IMG/VR virus record: IMGVR_UViG_3300044844_000928 | Direction: 5' to 3' (one strand) | DNA from: a virus | Length of the DNA: 64,000 nucleotides | Part shown: positions 26,974 through 36,668 of the stretch, one piece after another | Position numbering within the stretch: the first letter of the stretch is position 1 | How the letters are laid out: each line of letters starts with the position of its first letter | Made by a program: the position numbers and the translations under genes | The notes under the pieces: generated by a model | Told to the model about the DNA's origin: nothing | Seen by the model: only the letters and a program-made list of their open reading frames with translations | Database searches by the model: none

Positions 26974-27972
26974 ATGTTGCATATAGATGTTAAATTCATC
27001 AATCTTATCTCATCTAGATTGGAGAATTTTAAACAGTTAGCTGATTCAAAATATCAATTCAGATGTCCTTTTTGTGGCGACTCTAAACGAAATAAATTGA
27101 AATCGCGCGGCTTTATATACAGAAAAGAAAATGCTCTATTTTTTAACTGTTTTAACTGTAATCATTCTACCACTTTGGGAAACCTAATAAAGCAGGTTTC
27201 CCCATTAGATTATGATGATTATGTTGTTGAACGATACAAATCTAACACGAATAAATTTGCTGCACATGCTAAACCAGAGTTCGTTTATGAATCTCCAAAG
27301 TTTGAACCTAAACCTGTATCGCTATTGGATAAACTGCTACCTGTAACTGAATCACGGGCGGGGTTATCTTATTGTTTGAAACGCAAAATTCCAGATGATA
27401 AGATACCTTTGCTATATTATTCCGATTCATTCTTTCAGTTTGTAAATACAATTATCCCTAATAAGTTCAAAATGTCTAAGGGTGATTCTCCTAGATTAGT
27501 CATACCGTGTTACAATCGTGATAAACAACTTGTCCAGTTAACCGGTAGGGCGATTGACGATAATAAGATGAGGTATGCGCATATCTCGTTAGTTGATGAG
27601 CCTAAAACCTTTGGCATAGAGCGGTTAGATTTTTCAAAACGTATATTTGCTGTAGAAGGTCAAATTGATTCGTTGTTTATTGATAATTGTGTTGCGATGG
27701 GTAGCTCTGCGTTCGATACTAAATTCACCCGTGATAATAAAGATAATATCACGTTGGTTTATGATAATGAACCTAGAAGTCCTGAGATAACTAAATTAAT
27801 TGAGAAAAGTATTAAAGCCGGTTTTGATATTTGTTTGTGGGACGACAAGGTGATTGGAAAAGATATTAACGAGATGGTGTTAAACGGAGTAAATGTTCAG
27901 CAAGTCATTTCTGATAATACGTTTACCGGCGCTGAAGCATTAATGCGATTTATTTCGTGGAAAAAATGTTAA
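26974..27972 (+). CDS. gp61: DNA primase gp61
   Basis: FRCPFCGDS, CFNC zinc finger, VEGQIDSLF, YDNEPR, KDINEM. Confidence 0.95.
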   Translation: MLHIDVKFINLISSRLENFKQLADSKYQFRCPFCGDSKRNKLKSRGFIYRKENALFFNCFNCNHSTTLGNLIKQVSPLDYDDYVVERYKSNTNKFAAHAKPEFVYESPKFEPKPVSLLDKLLPVTESRAGLSYCLKRKIPDDKIPLLYYSDSFFQFVNTIIPNKFKMSKGDSPRLVIPCYNRDKQLVQLTGRAIDDNKMRYAHISLVDEPKTFGIERLDFSKRIFAVEGQIDSLFIDNCVAMGSSAFDTKFTRDNKDNITLVYDNEPRSPEITKLIEKSIKAGFDICLWDDKVIGKDINEMVLNGVNVQQVISDNTFTGAEALMRFISWKKC

Positions 27973-28010
27973 CTAAATTAAATTAGAACCAATTTTGAAA
28001 AGGATAATTA

Positions 28011-28721
28011 ATGAGTGATGTGAAATATGTTGGTATGGCGGTTGAATTAATTACTAGCATGGGAACAGATTCTTCTGTTGTTAATGCTGCTAGGGTATCA
28101 ACTGCAAAAGATGATAGATTTAAAACGAATATAGATTCTAAAGATGAAGGATTGATTAGATACTTAGCGGCACATAAACATTGGACACCTTTCGCTCATA
28201 CTGCCATAACTTTTAAATTAAAAGTGCCAATTTTTGTTGCTAGGCAACTTGTGAAACATCAGGTAGGCGGTGTTGTAAACGAAATTAGCCGCCGATACGT
28301 TGATTCAACACCAGAGTTTTATATCCCTGCTGAATGGCGTGCTAGACCAAAAAAATCAATTAAACAGGGTTCAGGCGGCGTAATACCTTTTGACGACTCA
28401 CATATTAAAACTTCAGTTGCATATGCTTTGTCTACATATGAAGATGCATTAAAAGATGGTGTTGCCCCTGAATTAGCTAGAATGGTTCTTCCTCAAAATA
28501 TGATGACAGAGTTTTATTGGACAGGCAGTTTGTTATTTTTTGATAGAGTAAGGTATTTCCGAGTAGACCAACATGCTCAACAAGAATGTAAAGAGATCGC
28601 TGAGTTAATTAGCGCCGAATGTGAAAAGTTATTTCCAGTATCATGGCGTGAATTATCTAAAAATGTTTTAACGGTTGAGCAACCGAAACGTTCTTTTTAC
28701 TCAAAATTAAAATTCTGGTAA
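28011..28721 (+). CDS. thyX: FAD-dependent thymidylate synthase
   Basis: VVNAARVS, HWTPF, PIFVARQLVKH..NEISRRY, ARMVLP, HAQ.E. Confidence 0.95.
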   Translation: MSDVKYVGMAVELITSMGTDSSVVNAARVSTAKDDRFKTNIDSKDEGLIRYLAAHKHWTPFAHTAITFKLKVPIFVARQLVKHQVGGVVNEISRRYVDSTPEFYIPAEWRARPKKSIKQGSGGVIPFDDSHIKTSVAYALSTYEDALKDGVAPELARMVLPQNMMTEFYWTGSLLFFDRVRYFRVDQHAQQECKEIAELISAECEKLFPVSWRELSKNVLTVEQPKRSFYSKLKFW

Positions 28722-28800
28722 AATTATGGCGGTATATATAAATGACATATGCGGTGAATATACCGTATGAATATGGAAATTATAACACAATAGGATTGAT

Positions 28801-29793
28801 ATGGCAATAAGATTATTAACACCAAAATCAACATACACAGTGGATTATCCTACTGCGATTGAATTTGCTAAACAACAGGCTGAAATATTTTGGTTACCAG
28901 ACGAAGTTGAAGTAGAGAAAGATTTACACAGTTTAAAAACAGAATTTACTGAAGCGGAATATCATGGTGTTATTTCTACGCTTAAACTGTTTACAATTTA
29001 TGAGTTATCTGTCGGAAATGATTATTGGCAAAATTATGTGTGTAAGCTATTTCCTAGACCAGATATTCAAAGAATGGCAACAACATTCAGCTTTTTTGAG
29101 ATAGGCGTACATGCTCCCTTTTATTCAAAATTGAATGACGTATTAGGGTTAGATACTGATGAATTTTATTCTTCATATAAAGAAGATCCTACACTAGCAA
29201 GTAGAATGGCTTGGATTGGGACAAGAACTGAGAAAAAAGATTCTGTTTATAATGTGCTAAAATCTATTGGTGTGTTTTCTATGATAGAGGGCGCTATACT
29301 TTATTCGTCATTTGCCTTTCTAAAACATTTTAATAGTGTAGGAAAAAACAAGTTGGTGAATGTTAACGCCGGTATTAATTTTTCAGTAAATGATGAAACG
29401 ATGCATTCTGAAGCCGGCGCGTGGTTATTTAGAACTCTGCTAAAAGAAGCTATTGATGATGGTCAAATGTCTGAATCAGAATTAGAGCGTTTACATTCTG
29501 AACTTGAAGAAACAACTAAAGTTATTTTTGAGCATGAATCTATCATTATCGATAAGATTTTTGAAAAGGGTAGCATAAAAGGCATTACTGATAATCAATT
29601 AAAACATTTTGTTGAGTCAAGACTAGATATTTGTTTGGTGAATTTAGGCTATAAGGCTATTTTCAAGCCAAGTTATAACCCAATCGAAAAATGGTTTTAC
29701 AAAGATTTGAAGTCATCTGTGTTACATGACTTTTTCTCGTCACAAGGTAATGACTATAACAGAAATTGGGTAGAAGGGAGATTTGAATGGTAA
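28801..29793 (+). CDS. nrdB: Ribonucleotide reductase class I beta subunit
   Basis: FWLPDEV, EIGVH..FY, IEG..LYSSF, DETMH. Confidence 0.93.
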   Translation: MAIRLLTPKSTYTVDYPTAIEFAKQQAEIFWLPDEVEVEKDLHSLKTEFTEAEYHGVISTLKLFTIYELSVGNDYWQNYVCKLFPRPDIQRMATTFSFFEIGVHAPFYSKLNDVLGLDTDEFYSSYKEDPTLASRMAWIGTRTEKKDSVYNVLKSIGVFSMIEGAILYSSFAFLKHFNSVGKNKLVNVNAGINFSVNDETMHSEAGAWLFRTLLKEAIDDGQMSESELERLHSELEETTKVIFEHESIIIDKIFEKGSIKGITDNQLKHFVESRLDICLVNLGYKAIFKPSYNPIEKWFYKDLKSSVLHDFFSSQGNDYNRNWVEGRFEW

Positions 29794-31496
29794 AAGATAT
29801 TTCAATTTATGAACAATTAGGCGAAGAACGCAAACTGTTACAGGAACAAGGTAAATTACCAGATTGGGTAACAACTGCTTCTTGGCAGATGCTTAAAGAA
29901 AATTATCTTTCTAAAGATTACCCTGATTTACAAAGTGTTTATACCAGAATAGCAAAACACGCGGCTAAATATACTTCATCTCCTGATGAGTGGGAAACAA
30001 AATTCTTTAACTTATTTTGGAAAGGTTGGTTAGCAGCGTCAACGCCGGTTTTATCTAATATGGGTATGGATTTTGGTTGCCCTGTGAGTTGTAGCGGTAA
30101 CTATGTGCAAGATTCTGTTTACGACTTTTACAATTCACAAAAAGAAGTTGCCATATTATCCAAAAATGGATTTGGAACATCAAGTTATCTTGGTGATATT
30201 CGCCCGAGAGGGTCAAAGATTAATGGAATGAAAGGGAGCGCATCTGGTGTATTGCCTGTTTTTAAAGATTTCGTTCAAGTTTCACGAGATATATCCCAAG
30301 GTAGCCAGCGCCGTGGCGCGTGGGCAGGATATATCGAGATTGATCATGATGATTTTTTCGAATTAGTCAACTACATTAGCAAAAACCCAGATGATGCAAA
30401 TATTGGTTGGATAGTTTCTGATGCCTTTATTGAAAGACTAGATGCTGGCGATAAAGATGCGCTTGACCGCTACCAAAAGGCGCTTAAACTTAAAATGATT
30501 TCTGGTAAGGGTTATTTCTTTTTTGTTGATAAAACGAATAGACAAAATCCTCAAATGTATAAAGATAAGGGGTTAACCGTAAAGGCATCTCAACTTTGTA
30601 CTGAAATTACATTATTCTCAGATAAAGATATTACATATTCTTGTGTTTTATCATCGATGAATGCGGCTAAATACGATGAGTGGAAAAACACATCGGCTGT
30701 ATTTGACGCAACTGTTTTCCTTGACTGTGTTAACCAAGATTTAATTAGAATCGGTAAAAACATACAGGGAATGGAAAAAGTAGTGGCTTTTGCTGAAAAA
30801 AGTCGGGCACTTGGTTTAGGCTTATTAGGGTTCCATACTTATCTACAAGATAATATGATTGCCTTTGAGTCTATGGATGCTTATTATAAAAATATAGAAA
30901 TCTTTAAACATCTTGACGAAGAATCCTTAGCCGCAACACAATGGATGGCTAAAGTATTTGGTGAACCAGAATGGTGCGTAGGTTACGGTGTACGAAACAC
31001 TCATAGATTAGCGGTAGCGCCTAATTTGAGTTCGGCATTAATTTGTGGTGCTGTGTCTCAGGGCATCGAGCCTATATACAAAAACGCTTATGTCCAAAAC
31101 ACGGCGGCGGGTAAAATTGATAGAGTTAATCCTTCATTATTACGGGTGATGAAAGAACGCAATGTGTATTCTGAAGAAACTGTAAAAGATATTATCGCAC
31201 ATAGCGGCTCAGTTCAGCAAGTTGATTGGTTAAGCGATGAAGAGAAAGCAGTGTTTAAAACGGCGTTTGAGATTAATCAAACACAAATTATTAGATTAGC
31301 ATCAGCGCGTCAGCGGTATATTGACCAAGCACAAAGTATCAATTTATTCTTTTCGGCTGATGAAGACGAACGTTATATTAGTGAAGTCCACAAATTAGCG
31401 TTCAAAGATCCATACATTAAATCTTTATATTATATCAGAAGCGAAACCGGCGTAAATTCTGCAAGTAAAGAAGCTTGTTTGGCTTGCCATGGTTAA
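29787..31496 (+). CDS. nrdA: Ribonucleotide reductase class I alpha subunit (no ATP cone)
   Basis: STPVLSN, PVSC, RRGAWA, LCTEI, AVAPN, IDQAQS, LYY, C-terminal CLAC. Confidence 0.95.
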   Translation: MVKDISIYEQLGEERKLLQEQGKLPDWVTTASWQMLKENYLSKDYPDLQSVYTRIAKHAAKYTSSPDEWETKFFNLFWKGWLAASTPVLSNMGMDFGCPVSCSGNYVQDSVYDFYNSQKEVAILSKNGFGTSSYLGDIRPRGSKINGMKGSASGVLPVFKDFVQVSRDISQGSQRRGAWAGYIEIDHDDFFELVNYISKNPDDANIGWIVSDAFIERLDAGDKDALDRYQKALKLKMISGKGYFFFVDKTNRQNPQMYKDKGLTVKASQLCTEITLFSDKDITYSCVLSSMNAAKYDEWKNTSAVFDATVFLDCVNQDLIRIGKNIQGMEKVVAFAEKSRALGLGLLGFHTYLQDNMIAFESMDAYYKNIEIFKHLDEESLAATQWMAKVFGEPEWCVGYGVRNTHRLAVAPNLSSALICGAVSQGIEPIYKNAYVQNTAAGKIDRVNPSLLRVMKERNVYSEETVKDIIAHSGSVQQVDWLSDEEKAVFKTAFEINQTQIIRLASARQRYIDQAQSINLFFSADEDERYISEVHKLAFKDPYIKSLYYIRSETGVNSASKEACLACHG

Positions 31497-31522
31497 TAGT
31501 AAATAAACAAAAAGGAATTTAG

Positions 31523-31675
31523 ATGACAACAAAACAGTTCGACTGTGACCATTGCGAGTCAAGCGGAAAAATAAGTATTAAAACAAAAGAAATAACGTTA
31601 AACGACATAGCGATTTGTCCCGTATGCGGGTCGCCGTTATTACAAGACGATGATGATTTTGAATTTGAAGATTAA
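31523..31675 (+). CDS. Small zinc-ribbon protein (50 aa)
   Basis: CDHC...CPVCG with acidic tail; AAGGA RBS. Confidence 0.7.
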   Translation: MTTKQFDCDHCESSGKISIKTKEITLNDIAICPVCGSPLLQDDDDFEFED

Positions 31676-31694
31676 TTAACATTAGGAGTACATT

Positions 31695-31868
31695 ATGGCA
31701 GCAGTAAGCAAAGGTAGCAGAAAAGCGAATCCATTATTAACTAAAAACGGGAAACCTCGTCTTAAGTTATTAAATTTAACACAACTTGCCGCTCTATATG
31801 ATAAGAGCCAACGACCTAAAGATAAGAATAAAATTCGAAATAGGGTTGCGCATATGACTAAGCCATAA
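31695..31868 (+). CDS. Small basic protein (57 aa)
   Basis: AGGAG RBS; MAAVSKGSRKANPLLTKNGKPRL. Confidence 0.65.
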   Translation: MAAVSKGSRKANPLLTKNGKPRLKLLNLTQLAALYDKSQRPKDKNKIRNRVAHMTKP

Positions 31869-31902
31869 TCAAAAAAAGGGGTGAACTTTTATTAGTTTGC
31901 CC

Positions 31903-31954
31903 CTTTACTTTTGGTAGAATTTATAATATAATGATTTTAACTAAATAAGTATTA
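31903..31954 (+). promoter_or_regulatory. Dual early+late promoter cassette
   Basis: TTTACT-N17-TATAAT then CTAAATA; near-identical copy at 32761-32812. Confidence 0.8.
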
Positions 31955-31980
31955 CTCATATTTTTAACGGGAAACCAAAA

Positions 31981-32346
31981 ATGTCAGGATTTGAACAGTT
32001 TAAAAACGCAGTTATGGAATCTGTATTGAATGAAGCAACAGAAGCATTTTTTGCTAATTTTAAAGACACAATGAAAAACCCTATGCAAATTACATCGCAC
32101 ACGGGCGGTAAAGCAAATTTAAGATCTAAAGGCGCTGCTGAATCTTTAAGTAATATGCGTTGGATGCTTGATGACAAAGATAAGGTTGCCGTTCATAAGT
32201 TAGGTGGCGGTACACAAGTTGAAAATGATTTTATACTTAAAAAAATTAATGATGTCCGCAGTAAATCTAAAGACGAAAAATCTTTTGTTAAAAATTTGAA
32301 TTCAAGTTTTAACGGGAATTTCTTTACTGCAGGTCAAATCTTTTAA
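31981..32346 (+). CDS. Putative internal head protein
   Basis: MSGFEQFKNAVMESVLNE leader. Confidence 0.65.
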   Translation: MSGFEQFKNAVMESVLNEATEAFFANFKDTMKNPMQITSHTGGKANLRSKGAAESLSNMRWMLDDKDKVAVHKLGGGTQVENDFILKKINDVRSKSKDEKSFVKNLNSSFNGNFFTAGQIF

Positions 32347-32356
32347 AGGGTGGATT

Positions 32357-32713
32357 ATGACGAATGAATTTTATGAAGATTTTAAACGAATTGTAATGGA
32401 ATCGTTTTTAAACGAAGAAACTGGAGCAGAACAAGGTGCTAGGTTATTATCAGATATGGATGCTTTATATCCAAAATGGACTAATACTAGTACATCACAA
32501 GGAGATAAAGATATTTACAAAAAAGAGTTGTTAAAATATCTAACTAAAACTTGTGGTAATGAACATAAAAAAGATATTCAAACCGTTATTGACCAAATAA
32601 TAACAAAAAATTCAGTAATAGAAAATGGACCTAAAAATGGTAGACAAACAGCCAATTTAGATATATTAAGAACATTGGTTAAACGCAAAATATTACCTCC
32701 TCCTAACGCATAA
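32357..32713 (+). CDS. Putative internal head protein
   Basis: FYEDFKRIVMESFLNE leader. Confidence 0.6.
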   Translation: MTNEFYEDFKRIVMESFLNEETGAEQGARLLSDMDALYPKWTNTSTSQGDKDIYKKELLKYLTKTCGNEHKKDIQTVIDQIITKNSVIENGPKNGRQTANLDILRTLVKRKILPPPNA

Positions 32714-32719
32714 ATAGAT

Positions 32720-32743
32720 AGCCGACGTAATTGTCGGCTTTTT
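32720..32743 (+). terminator. Rho-independent terminator
   Basis: agccgac-gtaatt-gtcggct plus T run. Confidence 0.85.
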
Positions 32744-32760
32744 ATTGTGTAAGATATTCT

Positions 32761-32812
32761 CTTTACTTTTGGTACAATTTATAGTATAATGATTTTAACT
32801 AAATAAGTATTA
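32761..32812 (+). promoter_or_regulatory. Dual early+late promoter cassette (second copy)
   Basis: Near-identical to 31903-31954. Confidence 0.8.
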
Positions 32813-32836
32813 TTATATTTTAAAAAGGAGTACAAA

Positions 32837-33655
32837 ATGGTTAAAGAATTTACACCAGATATGAGAGAATTGAAACAAATCCATAAAGCATATAAGTCTT
32901 GGAAAAAGGCTGATACTGAAACTTTATTGCGTAATAATAACTCTATGAGCAGAGTACAAGCCACAGCAAAAACTATGGGTGAAGCCGGCGGAAAAGAAGC
33001 TATTATAACTAGATTAATATACGCAAAATTTAATTCTAAACAAGTTGACTATTATTGGGACATGAAAGCTAAAGATAAAAAAGCTCTTGAAGAAGGTTAC
33101 GAAAGATTAGGGTTTGAAGACTTTAAAATGTCTGTTATGGAATCTGTATTGAATGATTCAAAGGTACATATTAGAGAAGGATTTGGTATAACTTATGTAC
33201 AAACTAAACCTGAAGATTTTGACCACTCAGAGTTAGATAAAACTGATTATACTACAGAAAACTCTATACATGGGAAAACTCATAGATTAATTTTTAAAGT
33301 TATCCCAGAACATTTACGCACAGGAACAACTACAAGAGGTTCTACTTTTATTACTGATATGGCATCGACAATAAAAGTTAAAGTTGCGAGTAAAAAGGTA
33401 TGGAAACACGCTGATGGTTCAACTTATAAAGATGAATCGCATTTTACCGGTAAAGCACAAGATATTACAAAAATTTGGTCTTATATAAAATCTAACGGTA
33501 AACCATTAGAACCAGGAAAGACTGGAGAGTTTAACTCGGAAGGTAGAAGAGAATCAATAAAATTAGACGGTGTTGTGTATTCAAAATCAGGTGATGATTC
33601 TGATACTATATCGTATACGTCACCAAATAGAACGTCTGCTCGCTGGAATAGATAA
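32837..33655 (+). CDS. Putative internal head protein with internal targeting motif
   Basis: Internal LGFEDFKMSVMESVLND. Confidence 0.6.
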   Translation: MVKEFTPDMRELKQIHKAYKSWKKADTETLLRNNNSMSRVQATAKTMGEAGGKEAIITRLIYAKFNSKQVDYYWDMKAKDKKALEEGYERLGFEDFKMSVMESVLNDSKVHIREGFGITYVQTKPEDFDHSELDKTDYTTENSIHGKTHRLIFKVIPEHLRTGTTTRGSTFITDMASTIKVKVASKKVWKHADGSTYKDESHFTGKAQDITKIWSYIKSNGKPLEPGKTGEFNSEGRRESIKLDGVVYSKSGDDSDTISYTSPNRTSARWNR

Positions 33656-33668
33656 ACAAATATTGTGT

Positions 33669-33693
33669 AGCCGGCGTAATTGCCGGCTTTTTT
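33669..33693 (+). terminator. Rho-independent terminator
   Basis: agccggc-gtaatt-gccggct plus T run. Confidence 0.88.
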
Positions 33694-33744
33694 ACACCAA
33701 AAATTCAGCACCACTAAATATATTATTTGAGGAGATAATATATT

Positions 33745-34170
33745 ATGTGGCATTACAATGAAAAGGAATTCATTTCTGAAAACATCGGCGATGCAATTGG
33801 ATTCGTATATTTGATAACGAACTTGACTAACGGGCGGCGCTATATCGGGAAAAAACAATTTTACTCTTTTACTTCATCTATGAAAACTGTCACCCTAAAA
33901 AGTGGCGAAAAGAAAAAGAAAAGAGTCAAAAAAACCAGTGAATCAGATTGGAAAGATTATTATTCCAGTTCTATAGAATTGAAAAATGATGTTGAACTGT
34001 TAGGGAAAGATAATTTTAAAAGGGAAATCCTACATTTGATTAAAACAAAAGGAATGATGAGTTACCTTGAAGCAAAGTTGCAATTTCAACATGAGGTACT
34101 TGAGCATCCTGATTTATGGTATAACGGGCAAATTCAATGTCGAATATCTAAATCACATATCAAATTGTAG
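33745..34170 (+). CDS. GIY-YIG nuclease
   Basis: GFVYLITN..NGRRYIGKK, YYSS, FKREIL, WYN. Confidence 0.85.
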   Translation: MWHYNEKEFISENIGDAIGFVYLITNLTNGRRYIGKKQFYSFTSSMKTVTLKSGEKKKKRVKKTSESDWKDYYSSSIELKNDVELLGKDNFKREILHLIKTKGMMSYLEAKLQFQHEVLEHPDLWYNGQIQCRISKSHIKL

Positions 34171-34195
34171 GATTCATAATCTACAAGAGGTGCAT

Positions 34196-34702
34196 ATGGT
34201 AACAATTGAGTTTACATATGATTATGATTCACGATTTTTACCGATTTATAGAAGTATGTTTGAGTCAGAGTTTACCGGTAGGGATTGGTTCGATAGAATA
34301 AGATATATTCCAGATAATGTATTGGAATACAAATTACAATCTACATTATTAAATAGAAGAATTAATTCGCATGAAATGAAGATGATGGTTATTTATCAAG
34401 ATGGAATTCCTGTAGGGTTAAGTTTTCCCAAAAAATCATTTATTGATTCTGAAAAAGAAACCTTTAAACTAGACGGGGATAATTGGTATAAGATAGGTTC
34501 TATTGTTATACTAGATAAATATCGAAATAAAGGAATAGGCTATAAAGCTTGTAGAGAGTTTCTTAAACTTTATCCGAAAATATTTTACCATGTTGATGAG
34601 AAAAATATAGCATCTGTTAGGGTGGCTGAAAAATTAAAACTCAACTTCTCGCATATGGCAAGTCTTAATGAAATAAATTACAGGGTGTACAAATCCATTT
34701 AA
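34196..34702 (+). CDS. GNAT-family acetyltransferase
   Basis: YRNKGIG acetyl-CoA motif; NIASVRVAEKL. Confidence 0.75.
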   Translation: MVTIEFTYDYDSRFLPIYRSMFESEFTGRDWFDRIRYIPDNVLEYKLQSTLLNRRINSHEMKMMVIYQDGIPVGLSFPKKSFIDSEKETFKLDGDNWYKIGSIVILDKYRNKGIGYKACREFLKLYPKIFYHVDEKNIASVRVAEKLKLNFSHMASLNEINYRVYKSI

Positions 34703-34709
34703 TTGATAA

Positions 34710-34735
34710 AGCCAGCCTAATAAGCTGGCTTTTTT
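34710..34735 (+). terminator. Rho-independent terminator
   Basis: agccagc / gctggct stem plus T run. Confidence 0.85.
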
Positions 34736-34737
34736 AC

Positions 34738-34766
34738 TTTACTTTTGACATATTATAGTTTATAAT
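34738..34766 (+). promoter_or_regulatory. Promoter
   Basis: TTTACT-N17-TATAAT. Confidence 0.75.
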
Positions 34767-34805
34767 TGCCTATATAAAATTGAATTACGTTAAAAAGGAA
34801 ATAAA

Positions 34806-35360
34806 ATGAAAAGACCATCTAAAAAAAGTGTACAAAACGCAATCGTTGATATTACTACTGTTGATGATGCAGTTGAAATTACAACACCAGCAACAGAAAC
34901 GGTAGCACCGGTTGAAGAAGTTGTTGTTGAAGAAGTTGTTGTTGAAGAAGTTGTTGTTGAAGAGGTTCAAGTTGAAACTATTGAACCGGAACAAATTGTT
35001 GTAGAAGAAGTTGTTATTGAAGAACCAGTTGTATCTGAAACGCCTGAAGTCGTTGAAATTCCAAGCCATAAATTTCAAATCAGATTAGACGATAAACTAT
35101 TTGGTGTGACCGTTTCTAACGGCTTACTAAATTGGCAAACGGCTTATAACTGGGCAGATTCTACCGGTAACGTGTTACCTGATAAAGATATTATTTCAAA
35201 GGTTTATATGCAGGCTAAAGATTCATTCGGTATTGGTGAATGGTGGTCTGCTTCTAGAGTAGATGATGATAAAGCATGGGTCATTGATTTCGTGAAGAAA
35301 AATCGGTCGGCAAAACGTGTTAAAGACGGCGCGTTTGCTTTTTACTTAACTGAGATTTAA
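34806..35360 (+). CDS. Protein with Glu/Val low-complexity region and DUF1566/C-type-lectin-like C-terminal domain
   Basis: EEVVV repeats; LNWQTA...LP...WWSAS...AWVIDF. Confidence 0.55.
   Translation: MKRPSKKSVQNAIVDITTVDDAVEITTPATETVAPVEEVVVEEVVVEEVVVEEVQVETIEPEQIVVEEVVIEEPVVSETPEVVEIPSHKFQIRLDDKLFGVTVSNGLLNWQTAYNWADSTGNVLPDKDIISKVYMQAKDSFGIGEWWSASRVDDDKAWVIDFVKKNRSAKRVKDGAFAFYLTEI
34911..34962 (+). repeat. 15-bp tandem repeat (gttgaagaagttgtt)
   Basis: About 3.5 copies encoding VEEVV. Confidence 0.9.
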
Positions 35361-35361
35361 T

Positions 35362-35607
35362 ATGCCGTTCTATACTTTTAAGAACAAAGAAACTGCTGAA
35401 ACAATTGAAGTGTTTATGTCTATCAGCAAATTAGACGCATACAAACTTGAGCACCCTGAACTGGATGTTGTTATTGGAACGCCAAAAGTTATTGATCCAA
35501 CCCGACTTGATGCTACTCGAAAGGTAGATGGTGGATTCAAAGAAGTATTGAATAAGATTCATTCCAGAACCGCAGGTTCATGTTTAGACAGAACAGCTAA
35601 ACTATAA
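35362..35607 (+). CDS. FmdB-like small protein of T4-like phages
   Basis: MPFYTFKNKET...GFKEVLNKI. Confidence 0.65.
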   Translation: MPFYTFKNKETAETIEVFMSISKLDAYKLEHPELDVVIGTPKVIDPTRLDATRKVDGGFKEVLNKIHSRTAGSCLDRTAKL

Positions 35608-35623
35608 AAAGGGATTATATATT

Positions 35624-35911
35624 ATGGAAAACCCGCTTTACTTTGTCATGTCAATATATTATAATAATGATATTCCTGGTTGTGATAAGGATTTTGTTAT
35701 TCAAGAAATTATGAAAAATGATAAGATAACGTATCAAGGCAATGAAGAGTTTTTATCTGAAGATGAAGACGCATTGATTAACGCCTTACGAAAACTTTAT
35801 TTGACATTTTCTCATATTAAAGATATCGCAACTGAAATCGTTATTTATTCTGTCATTGATATTAAGACAGTTAATTTTGAAGCAGTTTTTGACAAAAGTA
35901 GGTTAAATTGA
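35624..35911 (+). CDS. Hypothetical protein
   Basis: ORF with RBS. Confidence 0.55.
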   Translation: MENPLYFVMSIYYNNDIPGCDKDFVIQEIMKNDKITYQGNEEFLSEDEDALINALRKLYLTFSHIKDIATEIVIYSVIDIKTVNFEAVFDKSRLN

Positions 35912-36561
35912 AAACACATATAGCACATCCTGAAATAACGCAGTTGACACGGGTTAACGTTAACGGCTCAAGATGGTACCAAACACCGGAGGGTAAACGT
36001 TATCCTTCAGTGACTTCGGTGACATCTCATGCTTCCAAGGGTGCTATTAACGAATGGAGGAATAAGGTAGGACATGCTGAAGCTGATAAAATATCCGCAC
36101 GTGCTTCTAATCGGGGCACACGAATCCATTCTTTATGTGAGGACTATCTCAACAATAAAGAGATAACGCCGTCAGATTTTGATTTAGATTCATGGAGATC
36201 TATGAAACCTCTACTAGATTCTATTGATAATATTCACGGTAATGAACTCAGATTATATTCTGATTTGTTAGAGGTAGCGGGTACTGCTGATTGTATAGCA
36301 GACTATAATGGCGTCTTATCAGTAATTGATTTTAAAACGTCAGGGAAATTGAAACGTAAAGAATGGATCACAAACTATTTTCAACAAGCGGCTTTTTACA
36401 GTTTAGCATTTAGAGAAAGAACAGGCTTATCGGCAAACCAAATTGTTATTTTAATATCGGTTGATGATGAGAATCCACAAGTATTCGTGGAACCTGTTAA
36501 AAATTGGTTGTTATCCGCTAAACAATGTCGGGATGATTTTAGGAAAGCAACTGGTCAATGA
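35908..36561 (+). CDS. PD-(D/E)xK (Cas4-like) exonuclease
   Basis: YPSVTSV, RGTRIH, AGTADC, IDFKTS, YFQQ..FY. Confidence 0.88.
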   Translation: MKTHIAHPEITQLTRVNVNGSRWYQTPEGKRYPSVTSVTSHASKGAINEWRNKVGHAEADKISARASNRGTRIHSLCEDYLNNKEITPSDFDLDSWRSMKPLLDSIDNIHGNELRLYSDLLEVAGTADCIADYNGVLSVIDFKTSGKLKRKEWITNYFQQAAFYSLAFRERTGLSANQIVILISVDDENPQVFVEPVKNWLLSAKQCRDDFRKATGQ

Positions 36562-36668
36562 GAAAATAACCAAATCCAAATTACCAGTAAGAACATTATA
36601 TACTGATTTGGGTAAAGAGTAAGCTTAATTGTTGTACGGCTTACTCTGAACTAATAGGAAAAATAATT

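Noticed and set aside
34785-35078. Minus-strand ORF with NNNFF repeats
   Set aside because: Antisense shadow of the EEVVV repeat.
34806-35360. Diversity-generating retroelement target
   Set aside because: No reverse transcriptase or template repeat in the window.
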